A model generated the notes under the pieces. It made no database searches, was not told the origin of the DNA, and was given only the letters and a program-made list of their open reading frames with translations. A stretch of DNA of 62,566 bases, counting the filler, from Gonapodya sp. JEL0774 (Eukaryota): the NCBI GenBank assembly GCA_027604505.1. It is 22 parts of 22 records of this genome, joined end to end, with 100 filler letters (N's around TTAATTAATTAA, not from the genome) between each part and the next. Parts side by side here need not be neighbours in the genome. Positions count along the whole stretch, not along the records: positions 1 to 2,764 come from JADIIX010001696.1; positions 2,865 to 5,627 come from JADIIX010001697.1; positions 5,728 to 8,488 come from JADIIX010001698.1; positions 8,589 to 11,348 come from JADIIX010001699.1; positions 11,449 to 14,207 come from JADIIX010001700.1; 17 more parts are not named here. The stretch is one strand, 5' to 3'. Shown here piece after piece: positions 1 to 14,307 of the stretch. The translations under genes were made by a program, and so were the position numbers. Each line of letters starts with the position of its first letter. Within the stretch, counting starts at the first letter, position 1.

Positions 1-108
1 CGGGAGCGGAGTTGGAGAGCGTGTCAGCGCGAGTTATCAGTGAGGATCAGCAGCAACAACGGGTTTCTGCGGTGTGGTTGGAGGTGGTGGCGAGTCTGAC
101 TGGAGTGA

Positions 109-2764
109 TTGCACCCGCAGCAATATCCACCCACTCCGCAGCACAACGCTCAGAGAACGCAGCCGCAGCAGCTCAGCCACAGGCGGTCTCCCGTGCCGAC
201 GATGCGCGGTCCTGTGTCTGTGGAGTCTGCGGTGGAGTCACCGTCCCTGCATCGGTTGCACAACCCGCGTTCCCCAACCCGCACTCAACACTCGCACTCG
301 CACATCCCAAATCTCCCGCCCTCTCACAAATCTCCTTCTCTCCGCCTCCCCCACTCTCGCTCTCGCAGGTCAAGTCTCAAAAACGAATCGGTTGTACCAG
401 TAATGCCGAGCGTGCCAATCCAAATTCCCTCCCAGCTGGACTCGCATCTCTCGCACACTCGACGGTGCGCTTCCCTACCCAATCTCACCGCATCAGACGC
501 CAATAATGCTCCTCTGCTCATCTACTCCTCCCTCGCTGCCCACTTGCCGTCTCTGGACTCGGCAAACCAACGCGGTTCTGGACTCGCTCTCTCCGCACAG
601 TATTCTTCCCTATCCTGCTCACCACGCGATTCCAAAGACGCTTCCAAAAAGCGCAGTCCGCGATCTCGAAAACACTCCCACTCCCCCGCTCCCTTGTCGT
701 CCTCCTATCTCTTTCAATCACAATCATCCAAACCATCTTCACCTTCTTCCCGCCCCCGCCTCCGCCGCCGATCCCTGGACATCGGATTCGTCACTTCATT
801 TCCCACACCCTCCAACCCGCCTTCTCCCATCCCCATCCCTCTTCCCTTGGACAATGACGCTCTTTCATCTGCCGCGCACCTTTTCGACGTCATTGCCGGC
901 ATCAACGGCCTCTCCTCCTTGGGATACCACCATCTCGCACCAGAATCGACGAATGCGCGCAGCCGCAGCCGTACCCGCAGACGGAGATCCCCGTCGCCTG
1001 CCCAGAGCGATGATTCGGAGACCTCCTCGGTGTCGTCGTCCGTAACCAGTTCGTCCACCGGCAGTTGGAACGAAGTAGATCTGGCGGCAAGTGGAGCACA
1101 TGACAGTGGGATGGGCGAACTCTCTCTGGACCCAGACAATCGTGTACAGCATGCTACCGCCACATCCACATCCTCAATAGATACCGTGAGCGAGGAGCCC
1201 CAGGAGCGTGCTGAAGATGGCGCGGAATCTGAATCAGAGTCCGAGACGGAATCAGACTCGGAGGGAAATGGTCGGAGAGAGAGGGCGACGGACACTGAGA
1301 CTGTGGATGCCTCGGCTTCAAACGCCGACGAGAATCATGCAACCCAGAAACAAGATGTGGCCCGTGTTACCGCGTCGCAATACGACGTTGAGCAGTTGCG
1401 AGGGGAGGAAGTTGCATCATCTGCGCATCCAGATGCATCAACAATCTCGGATATCGTCCAACATTTTACGTCCCCACCCCGAACGACCTTCCCCGGCGCT
1501 CAAAGGAGTATCGACACATTGGATTCAGCTTCTACACAGCTGCAAGTCGAAAAGCCCCACCCTTCGTCCCCAACGTTGTCTAAAGCGGTAAGTTTTCCTC
1601 CGCGTACTCTTCCATATTGTTGGTATTTTGTCGCTCATGCATCGCCCCTCGGGAAACTCCACCAGTCCTCTCCTCCGACTTCCCCCCGTCTTAGCCACAC
1701 GGGCCTGTTCAGCCTCACTGGTCGATACCTGGTTCCCACCCCTAGTCCCGTCGCCGATGCCGCGATCACCCAGAACCATTCCCTCTCTCTGATTCATCAG
1801 GCGTCGGCTCATTCTACGGACGAAGCGGGCGAAATGGGGCCGTACAGGCGCAGGACGAACGTGGAAGCTGTGGCAGGGTCAGAGGTGGTGGCGGTGGCGT
1901 ACGGTAGGAGTGTTGGATCGGTCGCATCATCGGTGCAAGCCCACGCTCACGGAAGATTCGACCAACACGAAATATCAACGACAGCGCCCATCAGCTCTAC
2001 TGATCTCACTCCACAGTCGCCCACTTCTGTGACTCCACTCGCACAACGCTCCTCCCGTGCTACCCGTCCCTCCAAATCGGTTTCATTCCACAGGGATGAA
2101 CTGTCTGTCGTGGTGGACTTTGACGCCAACTCGCCGCCCAAAATACTCCTGCAGACCGATCTCTCGACTGTGTCCACTACCAGAACGGCACAGGGGCACC
2201 CTATGATCTCCGACCACACCACGTCTGGCTTGTCCTCCTCGTCGCCGTCTCCAGTCGTTCTGGCATACCCGGATCCCGGCGATGGGTACTTTGCAGACTT
2301 ACGCGCAGCGCGGCTGGCCAGGGAGTCCGACGCGAAAAAGTACGTCCACGGTGTCGTCGTGCACGGGTGGTCTCCCAGCATGTCTGGCGTGCCCGGGTTC
2401 CCACGCGCTGGTGGGTCTGGCGGAACTGGAGGACGGATGCACCCTTTTCCCCTCCCCTACGGGTCGAACGGATTCGGCTTCGAGGAGGTGGTGCGTGTGG
2501 AGGATATTCGGTTGAAGGCGAGGACCACGGTGGGGGTGTCGGTGGTGGTGAGGAACGTGGCGTTTGACAAGAGGGTGGTCGTGCGGTACAGTTTCGACGG
2601 GTGGAGGACGTGGACAGAGGGGGAGGCTCGGTTTCTGGGAAAGGTGGGTTCAGAATCGGTGTTTGTGGTTGTTTCAAACGGAGCTGGTGGAGTTGCTTTT
2701 CATTTTTCTTGGTGAATGCATAAAGGTATGTCCCACCGACGATACCTGGGACCGTTTCCTTGCC
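109..2764 (+). CDS. CBM21-domain protein phosphatase 1 glycogen-targeting subunit-like protein (3' partial)
   Basis: Long Ser/Pro-rich ORF with an RVxF-like KSVSF motif, then the CBM21 signature VVVRNVAFDKRVVVRYSFDGWRTW. A GT-AG intron at ~2644-2725 splices FLGK to VCPTDDTWDRFLA. Confidence 0.8.
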
Positions 2765-2864
2765 NNNNNNNNNNNNNNNNNNNNNNNNNNNNNNNNNNNN
2801 NNNNNNNNTTAATTAATTAANNNNNNNNNNNNNNNNNNNNNNNNNNNNNNNNNNNNNNNNNNNN
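2765..2864. other. Artificial contig linker (N44-TTAATTAATTAA-N44); 21 copies split the window into 22 independent contigs
   Basis: Identical 100-bp block with stops in all six frames. Contigs: 1-2764, 2865-5627, 5728-8488, 8589-11348, 11449-14207, 14308-17065, 17166-19922, 20023-22776, 22877-25630, 25731-28479, 28580-31324, 31425-34169, 34270-37013, 37114-39855, 39956-42696, 42797-45537, 45638-48378, 48479-51219, 51320-54057, 54158-56895, 56996-59732, 59833-62566. Confidence 0.99.
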
Positions 2865-3367
<503 letters not shown>

Positions 3368-3552
3368 GGTGGGAGTAATGAAGGTGTGCCCAATCGGGAT
3401 GCGATACCACGAATCAAGATATCGGGACGACAAATCATTTGCAATATCTGTATACATTGGTGCTTATTACTAGGGGTATTTGAACGAATAATTTGCAAGC
3501 AAGACGTTGTGTTTCCCATCCCACAGAGCCCCCAGTTCTTTTGTGAGACACA

Positions 3553-4795
3553 CTACAAGAAGAAGCGCTTCCTGCTAGTATCCATTTCGGGCTTGGATAA
3601 AGCAGTCGTCATCAACAATGAAAGCCTCACTGGAACTGTCGCCTTACTCACCTTGTGCTTCCACTCGTATTCCCCGAACTTCGTGTCGAATGTACCCTTT
3701 TGAAGCCACCTAAGCTTTAATGTAAACCGGGGACCAAGCTCCTGAAGGTCAACTTTTTTGCCGTCCTTGAAGATGTATCTGCCGATGGCGGAAGTAGTAA
3801 GCGGTGGTCTCAATCCCGTGAACCTCAGACTGCCCGGGTCGCTCCGATCGCCAATACGCACCGATGTCTCCTGAAGAAGATAAAATCTCTTTGATTATGC
3901 AGCGTGGCCACCTGTCGGCCCTTGAACTCGGGAACTGTCGGGAACAATGCGGCAAACATCCTCCCCACTGTGTGACCCAAACGAGTGTTGAAATTGTTGA
4001 GGATGAGTTCCGGTTTATGAGGAGTGGACCGACCGTGGTTGGCTATGTCGGCGCTAAGGCGGATAGAGGTAAGGCGGAAGTAGGCGGTGGGGCCGTGTGG
4101 GAGATGGACAAGGGTGAGGGCATCTGTGACAGGTCCGGTTGCCGAGGTTACCAAAGATAATGAGATTCTGGATGCAATACTGTCACTTACTAGGTACTTT
4201 CTTGTCTTCATTGATGATGATAAGATCCGTGTAATCCCGTTGAATGGCAAGCTGTACGAGCTTCTTAACCTCCTCGGTCGAGCCTCGCTTCACGAACGTG
4301 CAATTGGGAAACACGTCACAAAGCTCATTCGAAAACTCGTAAACGGCCTTGGCAGGTCGCCGTGAAGTTGTAACAAGAATGTTCGGTTGGATTCCGTCCC
4401 GGAAATACGAGGCAAACTCGTCAATTTCCTCCTCTTTCAACACCTAGCATTTGTAGTAGGAGAGTTCCGGCAGTCAAAGCTATCAAATGGGGAGCACCAG
4501 CGGAGCGACTCACCTCATCGTCATCACCAACCACAGTTTCATCGAATTCTCTTGTATTATCCAATGTTTTCGGTACGTTCTTCTTCAATCTTTCCTCCTT
4601 AAGCTCGGGATTCAGCTCCTCATCTTTCTTGGTCGCCATTCTTGCCTTTAATTTGGATCGCCTCTTCTCCGACTTCAACTTGTGAAACACCTCCTCCCGC
4701 TTCATTTTATTTCGTATCTGGGAGGGCTGAACCCGCGATGTTGTACCCATATCCTTTGGTGGGTCATCAGATATCTGCTGCTGGTTCTTCGGCAT
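3553..4795 (-). CDS. RPF1: Brix-domain ribosome biogenesis factor Rpf1 (multi-exon, apparently complete)
   Basis: [10 protein letters not shown]...[18 protein letters not shown]...[20 protein letters not shown]...[25 protein letters not shown]...[48 protein letters not shown]; ends [11 protein letters not shown]. Confidence 0.93.
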
Positions 4796-5211
4796 CGTCG
4801 TGGAGATTTGAACAGTTTTCTCTGATCGGGGGATTGGAGCCAAGTAGCCAAGTGTCAACCACAGCAACGCACCCAGCAATGTTCTTCCACTGGATATATT
4901 TCCAAGCTCCGAGTTTGCGATACCATTATGTAACCACCATGAACTCTGTATGCGCTTCTCGGCGTCAAAACACCCTCAAGCTCCTTCGTCTTCGTAATCG
5001 GACATTATCTACGACTAGAGCAGCAATTTCATCACAGTTTAGATTTACATCGACAAAATAACATAATTACAGCCTTTCACATGCTCCTCAGCTGCCAACG
5101 AAGTGTGCCGTCGAATGGCAACACTCGAGTGAGCGGTATGGAGGTTTCACTTCCCTTGGTGATGGTGCACAGAGTCCTCGCAATTTCATCCTGACCTGAT
5201 TCGAGGCAAAA

Positions 5212-5627
5212 ATGTTTGGAATCCCCTCGGGAAGGGGAGCCAAGTCGAATAACAAGGGCACAGGATGGAATGCTGAAAGAAGCGGAGGCGGTCGAGGCGG
5301 TCGTGGTGGTTGGGGGAGTCGTGGTCGTGGAACGGTTGGTCCCAGCCGATTCGGGCCCCGATCGACGAGCTTTGCTCCTCGTGATGACCTTGAAGACTAT
5401 GGACCTGATCCGGATGTGGACACGCTCGAGGATGGACGGGATTCTGGGGTCGCCGACCTTCCATTCACCACAGGCGGTGGGCCTTCGGGGGAAGACATCC
5501 AGGAGCTCCTCTTCGTGGATGAAATTGATGAGAAAATGGGCTTCTGGAGATATGAAGAAGGGCCGGAACGGGTTGGATGGCTAGTGAACCTGCGACCAGT
5601 GGGTTGTTTCGTTCTCGTGATGGTGAT
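5212..5627 (+). CDS. POL2: DNA polymerase epsilon catalytic subunit, 5' end
   Basis: [27 protein letters not shown] matches the Pol2/POLE N-terminal motif (D.ID..MGF.RY...GWL.NM). Confidence 0.8.
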
Positions 5628-5727
5628 NNNNNNNNNNNNNNNNNNNNNNNNNNNNNNNNNNNNNNNNNNNNTTAATTAATTAANNNNNNNNNNNNNNNNN
5701 NNNNNNNNNNNNNNNNNNNNNNNNNNN

Positions 5728-8488
5728 CAATATGTAGCCTCATAATTGCTGTCATTAACAGAGAACTCAATGCAACTTACTGGGTCAAATCGCCACCTGT
5801 ATAATTTTGGTATAAGTGTTGGCAAGTATGGTTGTAGCTCTGCCTCTGCTGCAGCAATGATCCTGGTCATACCTATTGATGCACCTTGCCTGGAACTCCA
5901 GATTGCATTCTGAGATGCCAGCTGTTTAGAGGATGAAGGTTTAGCAAAAGAATTGTGGATGAGAAGTTTTAAATGAAGTCTCACATTCATGAACCGATAC
6001 ACAAGCTGTCAAGGATAGTTAACACATTTGTGGTGATGGTGCTTGGAAAGTCAGAAGACTCACATCAGGCTGATTCATATCTGCAGCCAGAGACAGAATG
6101 CTCTGATAAGTAGAAATACTTTCACCTGTTGGTGTGCTACCAACCCCTTCTAGTATTGTTGTATCTGCTGTTATTGACCCTGCTTGCAGCTTTTTGCCCT
6201 CAATAAGTGTTCCCATCAAAGATGACACTAACTGTTTCCTCAGTGCCTCATCTCCAATATCATACACAAGTGAAACAGCACGTGATGCCACCTCCTGAGT
6301 AAAGTCTGATAACATCCATTTGAATTAGAGATTAATCAAAGAGAAGGCAACGGAAACAACACTGCAAAATCTCACCATCTCTGTCTGATAGCAAGGATGA
6401 AAGTGAAGCATGTATGGATGGAAGTTGCGACTGCATTCAACAGGGAAGCCAATACAGTTAGAAATTTGCCCAACTAAGCTCCAGATTATTGTTCTGTGAC
6501 TGTACCTGCAAATCATAATTTATGCTGTTTATGAAAATGATAAATTTTAAGGGCTTTTGCATGAAAGTACCTTTAATTCCTTTGTGTGCCCTAGGTGCTT
6601 CACTAAACAAAGGTACCAAATGCAAACCGCCTTGCGTACAGCTGGTCCCTTGGATAGCATCACCTGAAACCTTTCAAGTAGAGACATAAGCAGGTCTGTC
6701 CTCACAGTCTGCTTTTCTTGTGAATCAAGGATGCTTAAACTAGTAATATCCAGCTGCCTACGAGATACTTTGCTTGCCCATCCACCAACAACTACGGTGA
6801 GAGATTCTCCAACTGTGAACTGCACTTCAACTGATTTTGATAAAGACGTTGCTAGAGAATAGTAGAGATCCAGGATGGAAGATGATAATGTGGAATCTCC
6901 TAAGGATAGGTGTGACAAGGTGGAGATTGCAAGTTCTTGCATCTTCATATCTCGTCCTTTCTTAACCAGTTCAAAGAGAGAATCCACTATGGACTGACGC
7001 ACACTGACAGTGTCTGTTGGCTTATATTCAGGGTGAGCTGAGATCTCATTTCCAGGATTGAGTGCAGCAATCACACTAACTGAGTCAACATCCATTTCCT
7101 TCAATGAAGTAAGCTGCCCAGAATGACCAGTAGATTTGTCACTGCCATCAGCTGATGGGAGGGGCATGGATTGCCCAATTTCAGTAACTGCTATTAGTGC
7201 TGCATGAACACCAAGTCCCACCCCATGAGGTGTTTTAAGATCCCTCAAAATATTCCCCAGTACTGATTCTGCCATAACTTGCTCATCTAATTCAAAGGAG
7301 TTTTTGTATCTCAAGGTGTACCCACCCAGAACAAAACCAATTGCTATGAGAGCCCCATGGTGGTGCTCAACAGTTGCCTATCATATTATGGTTTGGTTAG
7401 TAATGAAACACACAGTCATCAGTGCAATTGTCTTAGACATTAAAAGCTCACCTTTGCGTCTTGTACAATGCCCAACAAATCTGAGAGAAGACCCACAACT
7501 TTTTGTCGAGCAGCTGAGTTCAAGTCAACTGAAAACCCATTTACAAGAACACCAAGTGTGCGTGCCATAGCAACTCTGGTCTCAAGCTTGGTTGCACTAA
7601 GGAATGTCTAGTGTTCACCAAAATGCACATCCAGCAGCCTCACCACCAACAAGGTAAAGAAGCACCAGACCCACCCTAAACCATTCTATCTTAGAGTTAC
7701 CAAACTGTGCTGCCAGAGGTGCTGATCCTAGAGAAACCACCTCCAATAGACAAGCTGCAGCAACTGACTGTAATACTGCATCACCGTCTGGGGCACCAAG
7801 GCACTGTTGAATGAAGTCCAGATACCCTTCAATTCCAGATCTCCCAGATCCACTCCATTGCAATGCAAGCCACTCCTGAACACACAATCTTGTGCCTTCC
7901 TCCACAATTTGTCCTATATCACCTTCCTCAACTCCATGAATCACCCAGTTGCCAACTTCTGATACCTGACCATTGGCAGGGTCAGCACTGACAACCATCA
8001 AATCCCGAAGAAACTCCAAAAGGATGCCATATGCATCAAGGCTGAACCCATCAATAGATCTACCCACCAGTGGTGAGGCTTTATGTGAGTCAGATTGGGA
8101 TGCAAAGTTTGCTTCATGTGCTTTCTGCTTCAGCCACACACTCCTCTCTTTGATAATGCTTACCACCTCACCAAATGAAGGGAGTAATTTGAATCTTAAC
8201 TCTCCACTCAATGGTGTTGGGTCAGGGAACTTCAGCCCTTGCCTTGCTAGTTCTCGCACCTCAAGCTTCTGATCTCCACTTGCCAGCAAGCAGACATATC
8301 GTGAAGCTGCATGTGAAAATGGAAAGAGAGACGTTGCGTACCGCACAGCCGCAAATCTTGCTTGCTGCTCTGGGTGCAGAACATTGTCCAGAATCAGATT
8401 CACAATGTCAAAAACGACAACAGAGTCAGGAGCAGCAGATTTGACAAGTGCTGTGTATGCCTCAAGCATGGATGACAGGGCAGTTTGT
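5728..8488 (-). CDS. ECM29: Proteasome adaptor Ecm29, internal multi-exon fragment
   Basis: ARFAAVRYATSLFPFSHAASRYVCLLASGDQKLEVRE; VEVQFTVGESL; FTQEVASRAVSLVY; STYQSILSLAADMNQPD; AIWSSRQGASIG...LPTLIPKLYRWRFDP. Confidence 0.9.
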
Positions 8489-8588
8489 NNNNNNNNNNNN
8501 NNNNNNNNNNNNNNNNNNNNNNNNNNNNNNNNTTAATTAATTAANNNNNNNNNNNNNNNNNNNNNNNNNNNNNNNNNNNNNNNNNNNN

Positions 8589-11097
8589 CGAATGATTTAG
8601 CAAATTTCATCTTGACCATGATAGAGATCAACCCACACGTCCATGCCACTGCTGTCTGCCTCAGAGATCGGCATCTCACCGTGGGCTCGCAGATGTTACA
8701 GACGATGACAAGGATGCGGCTTTGTATGGTAAGAGTGAGCGGGACGATGCTGGAGGAGCAAGGACGTCGGGTTAGGAGGATGATCTGGAGATCCTGACGG
8801 CTTGGCACAGTCATTGTGGGAACGGAGATTGGTGAATGTGTGGGACCTAGGGCAATTCATTCTTCGGTTGCTGACGTTGTGAAGTGTTATTGTACATCGT
8901 TTAAGAGATTGCAAAGTTGTTTAGAATACATAGATATCAGAAGATCCAGAACACTAGTGACGTATGCGCAAACTAACAGATTTTGTGCCACCAATCGCAA
9001 GGCCAACTCCAACGGCCAATCATCACATTAAGCAAAATAATATGAGATTTCAGTACTCGCATTCGCGAAACGGAGTTTGACGATATCCTTTTCATTCTTC
9101 CGCAATCGAGGCTCATCCTCTTCAATAGTTCTTCCGTCTCCGTCACTTTCATCAGTCGAGCCCTCGTCTTCCAACACTCCACGTTTTATTTCAAGTTGCT
9201 CCACGCAGGGCATTGTGAGAGAAACGTCCCGGTGATGTAGAATGTTGAAATCGCTGTTTCCCCAAATAGTCACACATTTGGCTCCCTTTTGGTTGACGAA
9301 AGTGATGATGTTGGTCCCGAAGTTCCAGTTGAGGGGATGGTGCGAAAGGACTGGAAGGCAGAAGTTCAGGTGAACTCCTTTGACTCGGAAATGGATGCTA
9401 TTCTTGCCGAGTGGAAGTTCTTGTGGCTGACTGTGGTGCATACGTTGCAGAATATGGCTCTCGAGTGCGTCCTGATCTTTGGGGAGATCCCGCAGCTCCT
9501 GTGTCGTTATCTTTACGGAAGCCAAGAGTCCGAAGCATGCTCTCTGTCCAGATGTAGTGTCCAGCTTAAAGAAGGCTTCCCGGTAGTGCACAACTCGGAC
9601 ACTTTGACCTCGGTAAGGCCAATCAGTTGCGCTCGACACGAGCCACACATCGCATTCGACGGCCACCGGTCCTGGTGTGGCCTTTTGGACAATAATTCGA
9701 ACGAATTTACTAACAGCTGACAATGACGTGTAGAATGTCCTGGGGCCGACTTTCTTTGCCACATCGAGAAGCAGCTCCCGCGGAAGTTGCAAAAAGGGGA
9801 ACACCGGGGACCATCTCGCTGAAGAGATGCAGCTATTCGAAGAATTAGCAGAGCCAGTAATGCTGAGGGGTTGGGCCCTTCCAATGAATGTCGTGGGATC
9901 GATCGCTATGATAGTGTCAGGCGGCGATGAGTACGTCGGTTCTGCAGGTAGTGGCACTTGCACATGAATCTGAGTCGAAAAGCACATGAATACCAAAAGC
10001 CCGTGAAGATTGCGTAAAAGAACTCACTGGCGTTTTTAGGAGTAGAGAATCCTGCGGGTTTTCACTGAGCCCTGCTTTCTTGTCGCAGTGCATCGTCCCA
10101 CGACCCGGCTTAGTGACGACATCCCACTGTGAGGACGCGGTGGGAGAGAGATCTGTAGGAAAAAGACCCGAAGCAACAAAAAATCAACGTCAAAAATTTG
10201 CTCCAATGGGGAACGGTACGATGAGATTGTCAACGACTGAACGGACGGACCTTTTGAAGAATGGTCGTCGCTGCTCGCGAAAGATGAAAACGATGAAACT
10301 TGTAAAGGTGCAAGCGTTGAGTCTACAGTCTGCAAGATCAGAAAGTAGGGCAGTGACACAGGAGTTGAGCAATGCAAATGTGTATGACGTGTGGCATTGA
10401 CCACTTACGCGCTTGACTTCAGTTGACGAAGATTATGATCCCGATTCCGATAACAACTGTGCGGAAGGTTTGAGAGCTACCTCGCAAGCGTTTCCAAATG
10501 AGCTAGTATACGAGTCTTCCGAAATTGCTAGCGCGGATGTTTGTCGGCTGAATGTGGAGACGGTGTCAGGAGTCACTCCGGGGTTCGGTGATGACGGGGA
10601 GGAAGCGTCCTGATTCAAGGCCAGAATCAAGCTTGCCGCCACATGGTCGGCAAAATAGTGTTGCAGTAATGAATTATGAATGCTTGAAGAGCTCGAGGAT
10701 GATAGCTCGCTACCGGATGTACCGGACGTCGCAACATCGAGGGCTACTGGACTGTCAGAATCCGACTTTTGCGCGCTGCTTGGACGTCTGAGCCGCTTGA
10801 TTCGAGTGTCAAGCCGTTCAATAACCGCTGAAGACCGAGATCAAGGCGGAACAGTCCGAACCTTGAGCTCTGACTAGATTCGCGATCCGCCGTTTTGAGT
10901 CACCACTGCACTCACCACCGTCCTTCCCTTCCACGACCTTCTGTCTCTTCTCTTTTTTCATGATAGCGTCGTTGTCGTTTCAGCCACGTAAGGAAGCTCA
11001 CAGAACTGCCCTGGGTGTCGTGCGGGACTCTCTGGCTCAGCCCATCCGGACAACTCCCTTCGCAGTCAAATTCATCTTCAAAATCAAACAAGTTCAC
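8589..11097 (-). CDS. Multi-exon F-box-like hypothetical protein (boundaries uncertain; main exon ~9028-9970)
   Basis: FPFLQLPRELLLDVAKKV resembles an F-box start. Several GT-AG-bounded minus-strand exons flank the 322-aa ORF. Confidence 0.5.
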
Positions 11098-11448
11098 AAT
11101 TTCTTGCCTAGTTGCGTATGATAATCATCCTCACATTTAACCCAATTTCATGGCCTCACCTATGAATTTTTTTTTTTGTAGTTGGCATTATTGTAGGACC
11201 AGCAGCACTTCATAAAACTACTTTGACATATAGGGTAATCCCAGTTTCTTGAGATTGGAAGTGGTTGATTGAGGTGCACATGTGACGATGTCATGACCGC
11301 CGTACGCACTTCAGAAGTTCAAGGTCATGGTTATTGTCGGCTTTACGCNNNNNNNNNNNNNNNNNNNNNNNNNNNNNNNNNNNNNNNNNNNNTTAATTAA
11401 TTAANNNNNNNNNNNNNNNNNNNNNNNNNNNNNNNNNNNNNNNNNNNN

Positions 11449-12812
11449 ACTGCCATCGAATGGCGAGTATGTGAGCCTCGAAGACTATGATGTTACGAAG
11501 ATGGAGTGAGTTTTAGAACCAGTTTTCGTATTTTAAAGTGTTGCTCAGATGATGATTTGGTAATGACACAGCCCTGGGGGCAAGTCTCACAAAACATCAC
11601 GGGGCACCCGATCTCTTTGCTACAACTGTGGAAAGAGCAACTCAGAGGTGCGGTTTTCATTGGCCCAGAAGTTTGGCGGAGGTGTGAAGTATCTTTCTGA
11701 ACAAAACAATGTTTTCTCCCAGACGCCGCTAATAAAGTGCGACTTCTGTCATCTATGGTGGCACTTGCACTGTGTAGACCCTCCGCTCACAAATGTGCCT
11801 AACAACGGCATAATGTGGTTGGATTCGGCGGATTCTTCTGCTATTGTCAAGGAAGCTGGTTTGCGACTGAAGGCCGGCGAGAATGGAAGTGATCTTGGGG
11901 AGCTCACTGATTCTGTTTCCGTGAGCACGAGTGATGTTGTCGGTTTGCGTCGGAAGTGGATGTGTCCTTGCCATGTCCAACATGTTCAGCAAAAGAAGAG
12001 ACAACTGGTGCGGGGCGACAAAATTGTAACCGTCAATGATCGCCCTGTAGCGACCAAGTGGAACGACGGTGAAATCGAGGTCATCAACACAGAGCCAGAG
12101 TGGTCTTATGGAGATTATGATAGGAAACGGTCCTTCGACAGGTCCTTCTGGTCCATTGGGGATTGCAAAGAATTTTCTATTGATAATGTGCGGTACCGCG
12201 TTCCTGAAAGGAGGATAAAGCTCGAGTTTGTGGAGAAAACTATTCGGTGAGAGAATGGAGGAGAGCCTCGATTACTTTTTCGTCGTAAAGTCCTCATTGC
12301 GATGATTTCGCGACTGCAATCCCAGCGCTGGACATTCTGAGGAACGCAACGAAACAGACCCCATCGATCGATACCCTTCGGAGGACCCCTCCTATCACTG
12401 TCGTCTCGGCGAACTGTATTCGCCTTCCGAACGCGCTCCTGTTTCGAATGCTTTGATCGATTCTTCTCATTCAACAATGTTCAAGGACGAAGATGATGTC
12501 GAGACGGTGTGTATCCCTCTGTATTCTGCCTAATTGTTCGATCCTGTATCTTACATTGCGACATTCGTCAGTGGTTGACCGGTCTGTCTGCGTTTCAAAC
12601 TGACATTGCGCGCCATCTTATTCGTCGCCGGCAAGGATTCCGAAAATCGAGCATCAGTGAGCTTGTTGAGGCCGCTAATGTGAGTACTTGCACTCCCGAT
12701 TTGCCAAAATAAATTTTGAATTTTATTCCTTCCTTAGCAATATTCAGAAGTTGACTCATGTCAACGCCTTTCCGGTGGGGCGGACGTACTAGAGCTACCG
12801 ATACCAGAATGA
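11449..12812 (+). CDS. PHD-finger protein, Rco1/Cph1-like (Rpd3S subunit), 3' part
   Basis: LCYNCGKS...LIKCDFCHLWWHLHCVDPPL...RRKWMCPCHV, then YRVPERRIKLEF. This resembles the second PHD finger region of Rco1-type proteins. Confidence 0.72.
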
Positions 12813-12847
12813 TACCCTTGCGATTATTGCATCCAAACTGTATCATA

Positions 12848-14207
12848 TTAGTCATAATCACACTCGATCAGATCTTTACCACAAGCGTTTAAATACAATG
12901 CAAAACACGTCCTTTCTAGCGAACGCTCTTCCTGGGTAACCCCTCGAACGAGATTCATACATATTTCCGTGGAAGCGAGCACGAATGTCGGAATTTTCAA
13001 AAAAGTGCGCGTCTGTACAATGGCTCCAACAGTGAAAAACACATCATCATTCTCAAGCAACGTTTGATTGAGATCCCAAAACTCCAGATATTCAATAAAA
13101 TTGTGGGTGCGGTCTTGCTGGAGAAGGCAAGTCTGTGAAGTCCTGCAATCCCAGCGTATGTCAACTTGGGAACACTCTCTTTGTTTTGCCAAGCGAACGG
13201 GAAACTCACAACAAGTGCGGGGACGTCCCTGCCCCTCCTCTCGAGCATACCAGCCCAGCCTGCCACCATAAATTTAGCAGAGTCAACCGATGGTGCTACG
13301 TATAGTTCCCCCGCACGTTGAGACGTCGAAGCTACTGCAACGGTGGTATCGGTTGAATAGGTCGTTCGGAATCCTTACTCCGAAAGGTGCTCACCGCTAT
13401 TTCCTTTGGGTGGCACTGGCGGACCTGTCTCATACCGGACGTTCATAGCAACTTGCCGCGCAGCACTCGTGATCTGTTCGTTAGGAGCTCTGGGATGTTC
13501 TGGGAGAAGTTTGGCGGAGGACTTTTTGCGGACCAAGGCTAGGTCATTGGAAGCAGTTGAATTAGATTGAGAAACTCTCGAAGAGGATTTCGAATCAGAA
13601 CGCCGGAAGGCACTATTTCGTTGGGGCTGTGGCTGCAATTCTTCTGCCTTTTCGGTCTTTTTACGACCAAATGATAACCCTTTGAAGGCCCGAGTAATTG
13701 AGAACGAGCTGCATACGAAGAAAGAGAAGGAGTTTCAGATAACGCTCCAAAGACGACTTCTGTCCAACACTGCTTCTTTCACCTGAAAACAGACGTTCCC
13801 GCGCACGGATGGACGGCTCTCCATTCGTCAACAACGGACTCTGACTCCTTGGAACCTGTTTATTAGCAATTGGGGAGATAATGAAACATATCACTCTGCG
13901 ACACATTACAATAATGCCACTCTCGAACCACTCACTACTCCAACGCAAATAGGCCTCGGTTCCTTCCCACATGACAACCCAGACCTCTCCGTAATCTTGA
14001 ACCCATCTCGGTCGCCCAACCTCATCCACGTCGACTCCATGGCCTCGCCCCTCCCTCGCAAGCTCAGTTTCTTTGGCACAAGCCAACAGATTCCCAAGCC
14101 ACGCGTGCAGATGATATCCAACCCAGGCGTCGGAGCCGATATGCATTGGGTTCGCCTGAACTTGTTGGCGGGTGGGTGGCGTCCTGTCGAGGACGTTCAC
14201 GATATCT
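12848..14207 (-). CDS. Hypothetical multi-exon protein, 3' part, convergent with the PHD gene
   Basis: Chain of minus-strand ORFs (13661-14200, 13375-13638, 12997-13269, 12848-13192) with splice-like boundaries; no family recognised. Confidence 0.45.
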
Positions 14208-14307
14208 NNNNNNNNNNNNNNNNNNNNNNNNNNNNNNNNNNNNNNNNNNNNTTAATTAATTAANNNNNNNNNNNNNNNNNNNNNNNNNNNNNNNNNNNNN
14301 NNNNNNN

